Source: Sminthopsis crassicaudata (lineage: Eukaryota). From it: DNA of 64,000 nucleotides. The position numbers were made by a program, and so were the translations under genes. A model generated the notes under the pieces. That model ran no database searches, had not been told where the DNA came from, and saw only the letters and a list, made by a program, of their open reading frames with translations. Below, one piece after another: positions 39,601 to 53,334 of this stretch. The DNA lies in NCBI RefSeq assembly GCF_048593235.1, contig NC_133621.1:300523146-300587145 (forward strand). Reading direction: 5' to 3'. How positions within the stretch are numbered: position 1 is the first letter of the stretch; every line of letters begins with the position of its first letter.

Positions 39601-40100
39601 TGGAGGATGAGGAAGGAAGAGTCCATTCCAGGAATCGGGAATGGCTTGAACAAAGATAGAGATAGAAGAAGCCAGGACAAGATCAAGAAACAGAACAGAC
39701 AAGTCTGATTAGAAAACAGAGTATGTAAAAAGGAATGGCTGAGATAAGATTGGACAGTTTGGAGCCAGAATCAGGAACTTTTATTTCATCTTGCGAACAA
39801 TGTAGTAGGAACAATGCATTAGGAAAATGAGTTGGGCAGTCCATGAAGGACAAATTGGAGGGGAGGGGGTATAGCCTAGATGCAGATGAGGGATTGTACA
39901 GATAGGTGAAGTCCAGACAAGGCCAGCTGCAGCAGGAACCAAGAGAATCAAAGAGATGGTAGAGTATGATATAGGAAGTCCAGACAAGGCCAGCTGCAGC
40001 AGGAACCAAGAGAATCAAAGAGATGGTAGATATGATAGGATTCAATGAGTGATTAGAGAAGTGGGGGGTCCAGACAGAGAAATCAAGGAGGAGTTAGCCC
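39600..40100 (-). mobile_element. L2 LINE fragment (inverted) containing a 67-bp tandem duplication
   Basis: ggaagtccagacaaggccagctg and caatgagtgattagagaagtggggg, inverted L2-like. Confidence 0.55.
39908..40040. repeat. 67-bp tandem duplication
   Basis: 56 identical bases starting at 39908 and at 39975. Confidence 0.97.
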
Positions 40101-40169
40101 TGTGAGCAAGGCAGATAACCACAGCAGTAGCACAACTTCCACTTCCTCTTCTGTCTTAGAGCCAAGCTA

Positions 40170-40640
40170 GGTATTCATGCAGTTTTTCTTGTGCCATTAT
40201 GTAATACAGTTATGTCATCTTCAAATCAGATAAATATGTTCTCATCTAAGTCATTAATAAAAATACTGAACTAAGGATTCTAGTACTGTATTCTTAAAAA
40301 CATTCTTCAGATTGACATTGATCCACTAGCTGGTCATCTTTGAGCTTAGTCATCCTAATGGTTCTAAAACTGCCAACTGTAACATCGTCTAGCTCGATAT
40401 TTCCATCTTGTCCATAGACAAGCATAAAATAAGAGACTTAGTCAAATGACTTGCTAAAATTTAAATATATTATGTCTATTGTGTCCCTTCTTAGTATTAA
40501 AATCAAAGTTAAAAAGAATATGATTTGTTCTTCATGAATCCATTATGGCTCCTGGTGATCACTGAACGTCCTTCTAAGTACTTGTAAATGAGAATTTTAA
40601 TAACACAGTCTAGAATTTTTCCTAGGATCAAGCTTACCAG
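40170..40640 (-). mobile_element. CR1/L3 LINE RT remnant
   Basis: catctaagtcattaataaaaatactgaac and atttgttcttcatgaatcc, typical inverted L3 RT segments. Confidence 0.65.
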
Positions 40641-42619
40641 TCTATTATATGGAAAATTTACCTTCTTTCCCTTCTATCTTGAGCTTCTGGTCTATCATTT
40701 AAATTGATTAACACATTTAGAAGATAAATACATTATCCAAATGATATGAAATAGTCATCATACATAGGATCAAATTTACACTGTTACAAGAAATGAGCCT
40801 CACTAAATATTGAGAGCTCCATTTTTGAATGATCTTCATCACTTCACATTTTTCAGTTTATGTTCATTTTTATTCACTGACCTCCACCAGTTACTTTGAA
40901 ATAATGTTTAATCTTATAAAATGAATAGCTTTCACCTCAATCAGAAGGTGAAGAAAGTATTGTAAGATTCAAATTCCAACTACCTGAGTTCTTTAAATAG
41001 AAAGTTTTTCAGAAGTTGGAATAATGAAGAAGCCCTTTATGCTGTGAAGTACAAATTAAAAGTGTCAAAAGCACAATTTCACACTGTAGAAAATGCATTT
41101 TTTTTGTCCAGGACTTGTGATTTAGCTCTCTGAGGAAGACTCAGTGTGTTTTGGAATGCTGCCTTATAACTGAGGCAGGTCAGCCACTTTGCTATAACTT
41201 CTGCAACTTTGAGAGACACCTCATGGAAAGACTAAGTCATCTGCTGAGGGTCATAGAGCTGATATGTAATAGAAGTAGGTCTTGAACCCAAGTCTTTGTG
41301 ATTCCAAGGCTAGCCCTCTATTTCATAGTCCAGCCTGGGTCTTCAATTTCCTTGAACCAGTTTGTGACTATTTATTCTATTTATGCTCACAAATCTTTAT
41401 CTTCCTTTGAATCTCCCCTAAATAGCCAAAATTAACCACAAGAAATCACACCAGTTGGGGGCATTTTCTTAAAATGGAATACAATATATATAGTAGGAAC
41501 TAGAAATTTCCCAAACTATAATCCTCCAAACTTCTGGAGAATCTAGGTGGTGAGAACTCTAGGTTTGGCTTATCAGCCCAGCATTGTAATCCAAGACAAC
41601 AGAAAAAAAATATGTTTATAAATCCTTTCTCTCTGTATTCCCCAAGCTGCTCTATCAGTGCCTGGAAACAACCCTGAAAGATGAGGGGGATGAGGAAGAA
41701 AAAAGGGGTGTTGGCAATTTGTCCAGTGACCAAACCCAGGGAAGTGGGAACAAGCATTTATAGAAAGTCTACTATGTGCCACGCTCTGGGTTAAGTACTT
41801 TTTACAAATATAATCTCATTTAATGGAAATCAAATTTGTTGGAAACAGTCTGAAAGATATTCATTCCATCCCAGGATTAACTCTAAAACACTGATTGCAA
41901 AACAGTTTGTCAGAACAAGAATCACAGCTTAGAAGAATGGCTATAGTCATCGCTTCTGAGCAAAAAAGGAAGAGGGCCTCCTTTTGAGAGTTGCATGAAC
42001 CGGGAAGCAGCTTTCAGGCTCTGCAGCCCTTTTTCCCTTGTTGGCATCCTCTAGTCCCCTGCTTGAACCTTTCAGGCTACCGTCCCTTCCTGCCAAGCAT
42101 TCTGGAAATGGTCCCATCTCACTAGAGTCAGGGCTAGGGAGCGCCATCATCTGCTGAGCTCTGCACAGGCTTGTGAGGGGTGTCATTCCCAAGGAGAGCA
42201 CGGCACCCCTGCAATAAGAAAGCTGAGCCGTGTTTCCACTGGGAAAGGGACTGAGCACAGACCCTGCAAAAGTTTGACATTTCAGAATCATGAATCTTCT
42301 TCTTCTTCCCCTACTGCAGTGTCTCACTGGAGTGTAGCAGTGACCCTAGACTCTAGAATTACATGAGAACACATGACCTGGGCCATGCTGGGAAGGCTCT
42401 CTCCAGAGGAGGAGCACTCCCTGTCCCCAAGCCAACCCACCACTCTCTAGAATGCTGCGAAGGGTGCCTGAGGTTTTTCCCTTACACAGATCCTAAATTT
42501 GCCTGTTGCCGTTTTTTCACACTGCTCTACATTCTGCCAAGAACAACTTCAATCCTTCCTCACGGTAACCTTTCTAAAGTTCTAAGGAGTCTTGATCGCC
42601 CTTCTCTGGATGCTCCCTA

Positions 42620-43560
42620 GCACAATGAAATCCTTCCCCAACTGTAACAACGAATACAATCCCCAGAGTTGACCTGTCCAGGGCAATGTTTTCTCACCTT
42701 GAGGCCTCCCTTCATACCAACAGAATAGAGGGCATTCGCTTTTATGATTTCCAGTTACATGACAGATTCATTTTGAGCTTGAAGGCCATTAATACCCTCA
42801 GATCTTTTTCAAATGTAGTAATATAGCTTATATCATCATTGTCTCTGGAGCAGGCAAATATCAACGGGCATTTGTAAAGTTGATTTTTAACCAAATGTAA
42901 TGCCCAGGATTTCTCTCTATTAAAATTCATACTACTGGCTTCCATTTGGCAGGGGAGTCTATCTCCATTTTTCTGGCTCCTGCAGGCCTCTGTCTTTGAG
43001 TGCTCCCTCCTGGTTCTGTCAGCTTCAAGTCTGATAAGCATGTCATTAACACGTACGCAAGAACACTGATGATTACCAGGCTGAGGACCAATTCCTGGAG
43101 TGTTCCACTGGAAGCCTCCTTCCAAAGTTCTAGAAGCTGACAGCAAGCCCTCCAACCAGTCCCAAATTGACCTCCCTGTACTCTGACCTAGCCTGAATCG
43201 CCTCGTGTCTTTACAGCAACAGCATAAAAGACGTTATGAAAATCTAAGTAAACTACATCTCAAGTACTCTTCTCATGTACCGGTCTAGTAACCTACCCAC
43301 CAAGAAATGAGGTCAGCTGATATGAGCAGCTTTTGAAAAAGCCATGAGGACTCTCATCACCATTTCTTCCTCTAGCAGTTCACTCTCCATCCATTAAAAG
43401 AACTGTTAAGTGACTTGTCCAGAATTCAGAATAAATTTCAGAAGCTTTTTTTGGAACTGAAATCAAGTTCATTGGTCTAGAGTTGAAAGACCCCACCACT
43501 CTCTTCCCTTACGTGAAAATAGCACCGTTGGTCACGTTGTAACACTATGTCTCTGCCCCA
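42620..43560 (-). mobile_element. CR1/L3 LINE RT remnant (probably extends to ~44190)
   Basis: ORF 42742..43155 MNFNREKSWALHLVKNQLYK...FEKDLRVLM..KLKM matches the CR1 motif MKFNRDKCKVLHLG...EKDLGVLVD.KLNM. Confidence 0.8.
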
Positions 43561-44576
43561 TGATCTCTCAGAACCCACCGAGGGGGCAAGTCCACTTGCC
43601 TTAGCACCCTGGACTCTAGTTCACCTGAGCCTGCCTTTGGTGCCCACTTTTGCCTCCTTATTTATACTGCGTAGCAACCGCCATGAGCCATGTTGGTCCT
43701 GATGAATCCCACTTCTTGACAGAGAAAATAGCACAGATACAATAGTTGTGAAGAGTGCCTGCTCTCTGCCAAGAGGCTGCCCCAGCCTGAGCTTGATCCG
43801 CCTGATCTGACTCCCTGCTCTTCCCTTCTAGAACTTAAATAACCTTTTGGCTGGGATGAGCTTCCCCCACCAGCTTCACTCCCAGAGCTACCTGCACTGT
43901 GCCTAGCCAACCAGTTCTTCCCCTTTGTACTCATTCTCCATTACAAGTCCTTGCTTCCTTCTTCTGCCCAGTTCTTTTTTTTTAAAAATCTAAATTGGTC
44001 AGTGAGTTTTCTGCACATCTACACTGGCTTCTTCAGACAATCCTTCTTTCTATTTTCAGCAAAATCGTTTCTCTATCTTCAGATTTCAAATTGCTTTAAA
44101 GAGTCATATTTTCTAGGCATTTCTGCAGAGATTTGGCAAATAAGAAGCAATATTATCTCTATCTTTGGAGATCAGAGAAAGAGACATCTAAACTCACTCT
44201 ATAGTTAAATTATATTACGCAAATTTCAGTTTCTGGAGAAAAATCTACCATCCCATACATCATTTCCTTTTTGGGGAAAATGTAATTATCAAAGGGTTTT
44301 GGCTTACATTTTGTTATTCAGCCCTCAGATAGCAGGTTAAAATAAGTGAAGCTAAAAGTGGAAAAGATCTAAACATTTACCAGCTGGATGATCCTGAGCA
44401 AGTCCCTTAGTTCCTCCATATCTCAGATCTAAAATGAAGGCTCAATAACCTCCAAGGTTCTTCTCACTCTAACCCTATGAAACCATATGGAGCCTGAAAA
44501 GTATTCATTTTCCAGCAGCTACAGTTTATTTCTCAGCAGGCTAGATAATTCTCTATGGATTTGTCTCAAGACTTAC

Positions 44577-44695
44577 TTCTGCTGATTTCCAAGCATTTAT
44601 CTTGAGTGGTAGTGTTTCCTGGGACACCGCACTTCTGCTCGGCATATGGGCACAATAGTTCTGCTCTGGTCTTAATTCTGTCTTGGAAGTACTTT
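44577..44695 (-). CDS. ENTHD1: ENTHD1 internal coding exon (human exon 4 equivalent), 119 nt, phase 1/0
   Basis: Acceptor ctttcattgacag|AAAGT and donor GAA|gtaagt. Translates (K)STSKTELRPEQNYCAHMPSRSAVSQETLPLKINAWKSAE versus recalled human ...MLSQETLPLKIHGWKSTE. Length equals the recalled human 119 nt and it is in frame with the previous exon. Confidence 0.93.
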
Positions 44696-46339
44696 CTGTC
44701 AATGAAAGATATCTAATTATTTTGGTGAAAAGGAAGAGTGATTTAACACAAATGTTACATTTCTTAGTTAATCACACTGAAAAATATTTCTGAAACCTCA
44801 TTGGGTCCACTGACACTATCACCACCTGCCAATGATTAACCATGAATACTAATAGTTTAATACCTCTTGGTGATCCCTGACAAGCTCAAGCAGATTCAAA
44901 AATTCACCCCCACTTTCTATTTAAACAGTTTTTCCATCAACACTTCTATAGCCTCAGAATTTGAAACATGTCTCATCCTTGTAAAACAAAATATGATATA
45001 TGGAAATATAGAAAATAAGGTTTGAAAATTATTCAAATGGATATCTAGCCAATAAGAGATAACATTAATCCTTCTTCTCCCTCCGTAATTCTATCAATTG
45101 TAATTAAACTTTATTATAACATTGAGTTTCATATATCACAAAGCAAAAAAATGGGAATTTTTAGACCAGTTGATTAGAAAACTGCTGCTATGAGATACTC
45201 CAAAGAAGAAATGGAGTATAAGATGTCCTCAAGAAATTATGTGGCAGGAAGAGAAGATGGGCTGGTCATGGGATGAGCTCAAGGAGTTATAGGATCGCCA
45301 AAGTCCTTCTCTGCGACTCTCCAGATTTCAGAAGGAAGTGAAGGCAGCTTCTACACTTTAGCATGGACCCTCCAAGGCAAATTAATAGAGACACCCAGTA
45401 AAAGTAGCATGGGATCATAGGACAATAGATGTAGAATTGCCCATTAGAGGTCATTGAGTCTCTCAATGGTCCCTCAATACCCTCATTATTTAAATAAAAA
45501 GACCTGAGAATCAAAGAAATTAAATGATTTCCACAATGGCATTCTGTTAGTAAAGGTCAATCCTGACTCCTAGTTCAGGACTCTACCCATCCCAACACAC
45601 TAGGTGAGTAGACATGAATGGGGTGGGATCAGTGGGGTTAAAATAAACTTTGAAATCAAGGAGATCCTACATTTGTGTACTTATCTGAGAAAAGAGAAAA
45701 ATAAAATATATTCCTTCTGGGAAAAATCTTTGAAGGGAAATGGAAAAAAAATATGCAGATAAAATTATTTTGAAATTCTTTTAATGATTGAAGACCTCTA
45801 ACTTCTTAAACAACAACACTGTCTTTTCTATAATGTTAATTATCACACATTCTGTTCCTGGAACTCTGTGGGCTGCAATAGGGAAAGTAAAGGAAGTATA
45901 AGACTTGGGCCTTATCCTCAAGGCACTACAGTCTAGTTGAAGAGACAAAATTACCCTAAGTCAACAATTAGAGAATAATTAAGTGCTGAACTATACAGTG
46001 ATAAAGGATTTTAGAAAAAGGCAGCACAAACTGAGAAGGCTACTGGAGAAGATGGAATTTTTGAAACAGCCATAAAAATAAGAGAAAGCCAAAATAAGAG
46101 AAGGAAGAAAAACACTTTCAAGAGTGGGGAATGAAAGGAGTATGAACAGGGTGGGTTAAAGAATAGATGCAGTCAAAGGGAATTGTGGAAAGATGTCAAG
46201 ACCAGAAATCATTAAAAATAGAAGTAAGCAGTTGTCCATTCTAAGATAATATTGTGAGAGTGCAGTCACAGCTGGGAGGATAAGGGAAGTTTAAGGAGAA
46301 TTTGCTGGCCATGGTCATTGGCAGAAGAGCAGAGTTCCT

Positions 46340-47400
46340 GGAGGAAGACTAGGCTTGGCCTTGGATTACAGACTATTGGAAGAACCAAGAGGTCAAATGC
46401 CCCAAAGAGAACTCAGAAAATAGCCAGAAAAACCTGAAGCCTACCTTATCCCCCACACTCTAGGAACTCAATCTGATTCTACTTTAAGATTGACAGCCAT
46501 GAAATAGGCCTTTAAGAAAAAGAATAAACAACAGAAAAAGAACCCAATCATAGATAGCTACTAAGGTAATAGAGAAGACCAAGGTTCAAACTCAGAAGAC
46601 AAAACAGCTTTCCTGTAAAACTTTAAAGAAAAATGTAAAATGGTCATGAACCCAAAAAGAGTTCATGGAAGATCTTTTTTTAAAAGGCCTTTAAAAATCA
46701 AATAACAGAGGTTGAGAAAAAATTGGGAAAGGAAATAAAAGTAATGTAAGAAAAGCAAGAAAATTATAAAAAGTCAACCAATTAAAAAGAGAAATCCAAA
46801 AATTTACTGAAGAAAATAACTCCTTAAAACTTAGAACTGAACAAGAGGAAGCTAATGAATTCATAAGACATCAAGAAAAATAAAATTAAATGCATGGAAA
46901 AAATAGAAAAAAATATGAAATATCTCATCAGAAAAACAACTGACTTGGAAGACAGAACAAGGAGAAATTACATAGGAATTGTAAGAGTACCTCAGAGTTA
47001 TGATCAAAAAAAAATCTAAACACTATACATCAAGAAATTATTAAGAAAAATTTCTCTGAAGTTCTAGAACTAAAGAGTAAAATAGACATTGAAAAAAAAA
47101 TCCACCAATCATTACCTTAAAGAAATCCCAAAATGGAAACTCACAGGAACATTATAGCTAAATTTTAATGTCCTAGAACAAGCAGACAAATATGACAAAC
47201 TAGAAAGAAACAATTTAAATATTATAGAGCTACAGCCAGGACCACATAAAATTGAGCAACTTCTACATTAAAAGACTAAAAGATATGGAATATAATGTTC
47301 CAAAGAACAAAAGAACTGGCTTTGCAACAAAGAATAACCTATTCAGCAAAGCTGAGTTTAATGAAACACCTAGATATTCAAAAGAGAAAATGATTTTAAA
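46340..47400 (+). mobile_element. L1 5'UTR/ORF1 fragment
   Basis: ORF1 coiled-coil-like A-rich decay, gacttggaagacagaacaaggagaaattacataggaattg and ctagaaagaaacaatttaaatattatagagctacag. Confidence 0.8.
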
Positions 47401-48574
47401 ATAATGGGAATTTATTATATTTTTTGCAGAATCTCATGTCTGGAATAAATGATGAAAGACATCTTTAAAGTGCCTAAAAAAGCCAGAAGGGGAACAAGAA
47501 TGAAGGCGGTACTTGTAGAACAAAAAGCATTATTAGGATACCACCACCAGTAATAATAACTGACAACAATATGAAGCTCTAAAGTTTGGAAGACATCGTA
47601 CATGCATTATCCTCATTTGGACCCCACCACCCTAGGAAGTAGTTAGTCTTATTATATCACCACTTTCAGATGAGGAAACTGAAACCCAGAAAGATTGGCC
47701 ACACAAGTACAGACAATCTGAGGGAGGATCTGAAGCCAGGCTTTTTCGTGATGAGAGCTAGACGTGAATAACGGTCTAGATTCTAGGAACGGAGACTGAA
47801 GGGCAGCTGTAGTCAGACAACACAACACTGGAAATATTCAGTGTCTAATGACTGTCTTAGCCAGAGGCATAATGACAAGATGAATTTACATTTTGGTTCT
47901 TTCAGTAAAGTCTTCCTACTATGGTAAACTGTTTTTATCAATGTAGACCATTTACCTCAAAGGAAAAGTAACAAGATGCTGTAGGCAATGATGCTAATGA
48001 TTCATTAGAGGATAAGTGCTTAGATAGTAGTTGATACATAAAAACATTTCTGGTGAGATTTAAATTTCTGTGAAACCTTACTGCTAAGATAACATCCCAC
48101 CATCCCACAGGACAGATTCGAGAACCTTGTGACATTTGTCAGATGGGACCAGAAACTGATATCTTGACTCAAGTTCATTCAAGATGCCAGGGTCCATTTT
48201 GGAAACAAAGAGGTGTCCCATTGTTCTTTGCTCCTAGACAAATTCTCAAGATGTTCCCTTTATGATTTTGCATCTGAGCATCATTGTTGTGGGTTGACAG
48301 GCTTCCAATGCCATGTCAATCACATAAAAGACCCAGAACCTGCTCAGAAAATTAAAGTTTAAATAGGACAGATAAAATCAGCAATAAAATTTGGGGGGCG
48401 GGAGGAGGAGGTGTGGGGTAGCAAGGAGCCAAGTTTTTCAGAATAGCTTTTCAACTATTTTTCAAGTAGCTGTTTGTCTTTATTCTCACATAATATGAGC
48501 TTGGAAAGGATGTTGAAGCCATCAGATCACACTATACCAAACCTAACTATCCTTAGCTAATTATTATTTGTCAT

Positions 48575-49330
48575 TTAAAAAAAATCAAACTGTGCATACC
48601 CTTTGACCCAGCAGTGTTTCTAAAGGGCTTATATTCCAAAGATCTTAAAGGAAGGAAAGAGACCCACATGTGCCAAAATGTTTGTGGCAATCCTTTTCAT
48701 AGTGGCAAGAAACTGGAAACTGAGCAGATGCCCATCAATTGGAGAATGGCTGAATAAGTTATGGTATATGAACGGTATGGAATAATATTGTTCTATTAGA
48801 AATGACCAGCAGGATGATTTCAGAGAGGGATGGAGAGACTTGCATGAACTGATGCTTTAGTGAAGTGAGCAGAACCAGGAGATCATTGTACATGGCAACA
48901 AGAAGATTATATGATGATCAGTTCCGCTGAATATGATTCTTTCCAACAATGAGATGACTGATGCCAGTTCCAATGATCTTAATGTCCTAGAACAAGCAGA
49001 CAAACTAGAAAGAAACAAAAGAGCCATTTACACCAAGAGAGAGGACTGTGGGAACTAATGTGGATCACAACAAAACATTCTTACTCTTTTTGTGTTGTTC
49101 GCTTGCATGTTGTTTTCTTAGTCATTTACTTTTCTTTTTTATCTAATTTTTTTGTGTAGCAAGAGAATTGTATAAATATATTTACATATATTGGATTTAA
49201 CATGTATTTTAACATGTATAACATATATTGTATTGCTTGACATCTAGGGGAAAGAGGGGAAAATCTGAAATACAAGGTTATGCAAGGATCAATGTTGAAA
49301 AATATATTTTGAAAATAAAAAGCTTTTTTT
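48575..49330 (+). mobile_element. Relatively young L1 ORF2 C-terminus plus 3' UTR
   Basis: tcaaactgtgcataccctttgacccagcagtg, aagaaactggaaactgagcagatgcccatcaattggagaatggctgaataagttatgg, ending gaaaataaaaagc. Confidence 0.92.
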
Positions 49331-49439
49331 AAAAAGTATCTAGGAAAGCATTCTAAAACCTCTATTTCTTTGACTATTCTTCTCTAGGAAGTTCTTCCAG
49401 TGAAAGGATACCAATTCAGTTTCTTTATCATCTAATTTT

Positions 49440-49600
49440 GTTTTTATTATTATTATTATTTATAGCTTTTTATTTACAAAACATATACAGGGGTAGTTTT
49501 TCAACATTGACCCTTGCAAAACTTTCTGTTCCAACTTTTCTCCTCCTTCTTCCCATCCCCTCCCCTAAATGGTAGGTAGTCCAATACAAGTTAAATTATT
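49440..49600 (-). mobile_element. L1 3' end fragment (inverted)
   Basis: ttttatttacaaaacatatacagggtagtttttcaacattgacccttgcaaaac is the reverse complement of the L1 3' motif at 49270-49320. Confidence 0.85.
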
Positions 49601-49609
49601 ATCTAATTT

Positions 49610-51040
49610 TGAAAAAAATAAGAACAATCCAAAAAAAAAAAAACCAAGAAGATTATGAAAAGAAAATCAACTAACCAGAAAAGGAGATCCAGAGTCTTAA
49701 GGAAGAAAATGACTCCTTGAAAACTAGAAGTGGGCACGGGGAAGTCAACAAAGTTATAAGACCAAGAAATAATAAAATAAAATATAAAGAATGTAAAAAA
49801 GAAGAGAATATGAGATATCTCAAAAGAAAAACAATGGAGTTATAGAACATCTCAAGAAGAAAAAACATAAGAATAATTGGACTATCTGAAAGCTATGACC
49901 AGAAAAAGAATCTTGATATAATAATAAAGAAATTATTAAGGAAATTTGTCCTGAAGTGTAAGAACAAGAAGGGAAGTAGAAACACAAAAAAATCCAATGA
50001 TCACTATCCGAAAAAGATCCTATGAGGAAAATCTACAGTAACATCATTGCCAAATTCTGAAATCCCTAGATCAGAAAGTTTTATGAACAATAAAAAAACA
50101 ATTCAAATATACTGGAACCACGGTTAGAATCACACAAGAGCTACCAGCAGCTACATTAAAAGATTGCAAATCTTGGAATACTATATAATGAAGAGCAAAA
50201 GAACTAGGTTTGCAGCTGAAAATATCACATCCAGCAAAGTTAAGCATAGTCCTGAATGGGGAAAAAAAGATATTCAATTAATTGTCAGATGTTTAGGATT
50301 TTGTTATTTAAAAAAAAAAAAAAACACTAAATTTAATAGAAAATTCAACATGTAAGATCTAAGAGAAATAGAAAAGAAAATATCAAAAACTAATTTCAAG
50401 AGACTCAATAAAGACACACTGATTAGTATGTGGAAATGTAAACCATATGTCTAAAGTTGTCATTAGTAATTGGGTAATTTGAAAGATAGAGCTGAGTATA
50501 TGTGATTCTAAAAAGCAAAAGCATGTAGGAAAAGGTAAAAAGAGTAATTATAGGAATGAGGTGCTAGAGCAAGAACTGATAAGAAAAATTGGGAGAGAAG
50601 GGTTGGTACTTATGGAATCCTACTCATATTGGAAATAGGTTAAAGAAGGAACAATACACAGAGACATATAGAAAGATATAAAAATCTATATTTATAAAGA
50701 AAGAAGATAAGAAGGGAATAGGATAAAGAGGTATAAAAGGATATGTAGATTAACAGGAATGAGATAAAGAGAGAGGGAAAAGGTAAGAGGAGAAGATAAG
50801 GGACCCTTTGAGAGGAGTATAAGATTATCTGAAAGCTACAATCAAAAAAAGAATCTTGATACAATAATAAAATTATAAAGAAAGTTGTCCTAAAGTGTTA
50901 GAACAAAAAGAGAAAGTAGAAACAGAAAAAAAAAAAAAAACAACCCACTAATTACCACCTGAAAGAGATCACAAGAAGAAAACCTACAAGAATATCGCTG
51001 CTAAATTCTGAAGCCCCCTAGATCAAGGAGAAAAGGCAAT
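49610..51040 (+). mobile_element. L1 ORF1 fragments (two partially redundant segments)
   Basis: gactatctgaaagctatgaccagaaaaagaatcttgat (49880) and gattatctgaaagctacaatcaaaaaaagaatcttgat (50823). Confidence 0.75.
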
Positions 51041-51149
51041 GTAGCTGGTAGAAATAAAGCAGGGGAGTCAGTAGGGAAAAGAAATAATAGATACATACAA
51101 ACAAACAAGTAGGAACTTAGAAGAAGAAAAAGAAAAGCAGGGCTACTAA

Positions 51150-51750
51150 TCATTGATCTCAAAGTTTAAAATAAAATAGAACTAATCAAAAAAGAAAAAT
51201 AGGGAAACTAGACTATATGGCAGCAATATTAATCAATGTTGTTTTAGACTATTTAAAATAACTAGATAGTATTAGGTTGGAATATTGTGTGGTATAGGAA
51301 GTTTTTAGTTCATGGATTTAGAAAAATATGGAAAGGCTTAAGACTTATGAAGCATGATATTATCCATCTTCAGAGAAACAGAAAAACAAGCATTGCACGG
51401 CATTACCTAGATGTATATGAACATATATATATAAAACTATAGATATAATGTATATATGTGTGTATGTATGTGCATAATATATATCTGTGCTTAATTGTGG
51501 CCCTCTTGAGGAAGGCGAGGGGATGGGAAGGAAAGGGGGGGGGGGATAAAGTTAAAAGAAAACCCACAAGGAAGTAAAGAAAAAATGGACATCTTTGAAT
51601 ACAACAAGTTTTTATTATATAGATTTTCTTGAAATGGAAATTTATTGTCTCATATTTTGAATTCTCGCTTATGTTCTGCCATGTGCATGAAATTTTTTTC
51701 TTTTTCTGTTTTGAAATAAAATCTTAAAAAGTAAAAAAAAGAAAAAGGAA
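51150..51750 (+). mobile_element. L1 3' UTR fragment
   Basis: ggaaagacttatgaa-like motif, gaaatggaaatttattgtctcatattttgaattctc...gaaataaaatcttaaaaag. Confidence 0.65.
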
Positions 51751-53334
51751 AGGAAAAAATTTGAAAGAGTTAAGTCAACTTGGTAGATAAGCATGAATGA
51801 AGTGTTCATTGGTAGAGGTAGGGCTAATATGGAAGAAATAATGAAGGTAATAAAGGGGAAATAGGAACAATAAATTCAGATTCTTTGAAGAGAATAAAAG
51901 AAATGGATTTTGAATAGGAAAAGAGAGAAATGATATAGGCTTAGATGAGAAAAGCAAATTGAAAGGTTCATTGCTTTGGAACCATGTTAGATCAAAGATT
52001 CTAATTTGGCTGGTGGGAGAGCTAGCTATGATAAGGCCGAGCATGTTGAAGCCAGATTCCAGAAGGCCTTAAATGCCAGGATGAGGAATCTGTGTATTCT
52101 CTGGTAATCAGTGAGTAACTACTGAGGGTCTGTGAGCAAAGCCTCTGCTGAGTCCCATGGGTCTGCAGCGTCTGCCTCCGCCGGTTCCACGATCCTCCAC
52201 CATGGTCTCTCTTCCCTCAGATGCAGTGATGTCCTTCGCCCTTGTTGCCCTCCAACCTCTCCCTCTCATTCACTGGCTTCTCTTACTTCTCCCACATCCC
52301 CCCATACCTCTTTCAGACAGCATCACTATCTCCTGATCCCCCAGGCTGCAGATTTCTAGGACAGGCCGGAGCCTTCCTCCCCCCACTCTGTGGCAGATAA
52401 ATGGTCCTCACCCTTCTATTCCCTCTGCTTCTACCCAAGGGAAGCCCCAGTTGTGTCCTTGTGGGCCTCTGGAGATAGCTTCCTAACGGTCCTGCTCTTT
52501 CCAGGTTCTTTCCTCTTGAATCCCCCAAACAGTGGCCAAAACAAGTACTCTAAGGCTGGGGTCTTCCCCAAAGTCACGGCCTTGCTCAGTGGTTCTGGTA
52601 TAGCCTCTGTAATAATACACGAGCCCCTCGGGGTCCAGGCCCTCTTTGATCTGCCTTACCAGTCCCCTTAGACATAACTCTCCTCACACTGCACTCCTCA
52701 CTATTCCCCAGGTACATCCTTCTCTCTCCTAGTTCCATACATTTGAACACCCAATTTCTGTCTTTGTCCCCTATATCTCTGTCCACTGAAATAAGTCTTC
52801 TTTGTGAGGCTGACCCTCAGAGGAAGTGACTCTCCTTTGCTGTGATGCTCATAGCACGTCATTCGGTTTGCACTTGCCCAGCCACGCAATCTATCCTAAC
52901 CTTCTGGGTTATTTGTCTGAGCTCCAGGGCTTCATCTTGACAGGGAAGAGTCTCTGGGTCTCTACAAGCATACCAATAGAGCAACAACATCCTGGAAGAC
53001 ACGACCAAGATGGAAAGTCTTTGGGCTTGACCACAGCCTGGGTAATTATCATCCAAGAATTGGCCTGGCCAAGGTTAGAAGTTAACTGGGTGGTGAATTT
53101 GAGGCCATAGCACCTCACAAACCCATCGTGGCAGGGAGAGACTGCAAACCACATTGGCAGGAAGGTCCAGACACCAGTGCCTCATCCCTCTGCTAGACTG
53201 TAAGCTCACCGAGGACCTGAACGGGCTGCAATCACTTTTTCATCTTGATATCTCATTGTACTTTGCATAGAGGAGTCACTAAACATTTGTTAAAATTAAA
53301 TTTAATTGACAAATAATAACAATTAATGAACAAA

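Noticed and set aside
47748-47799. C/D-box snoRNA-like motifs (GTGATGA ... CTGA) with a small internal hairpin
   Set aside because: Too short, weak terminal stem, and on the strand opposite to the host intron.
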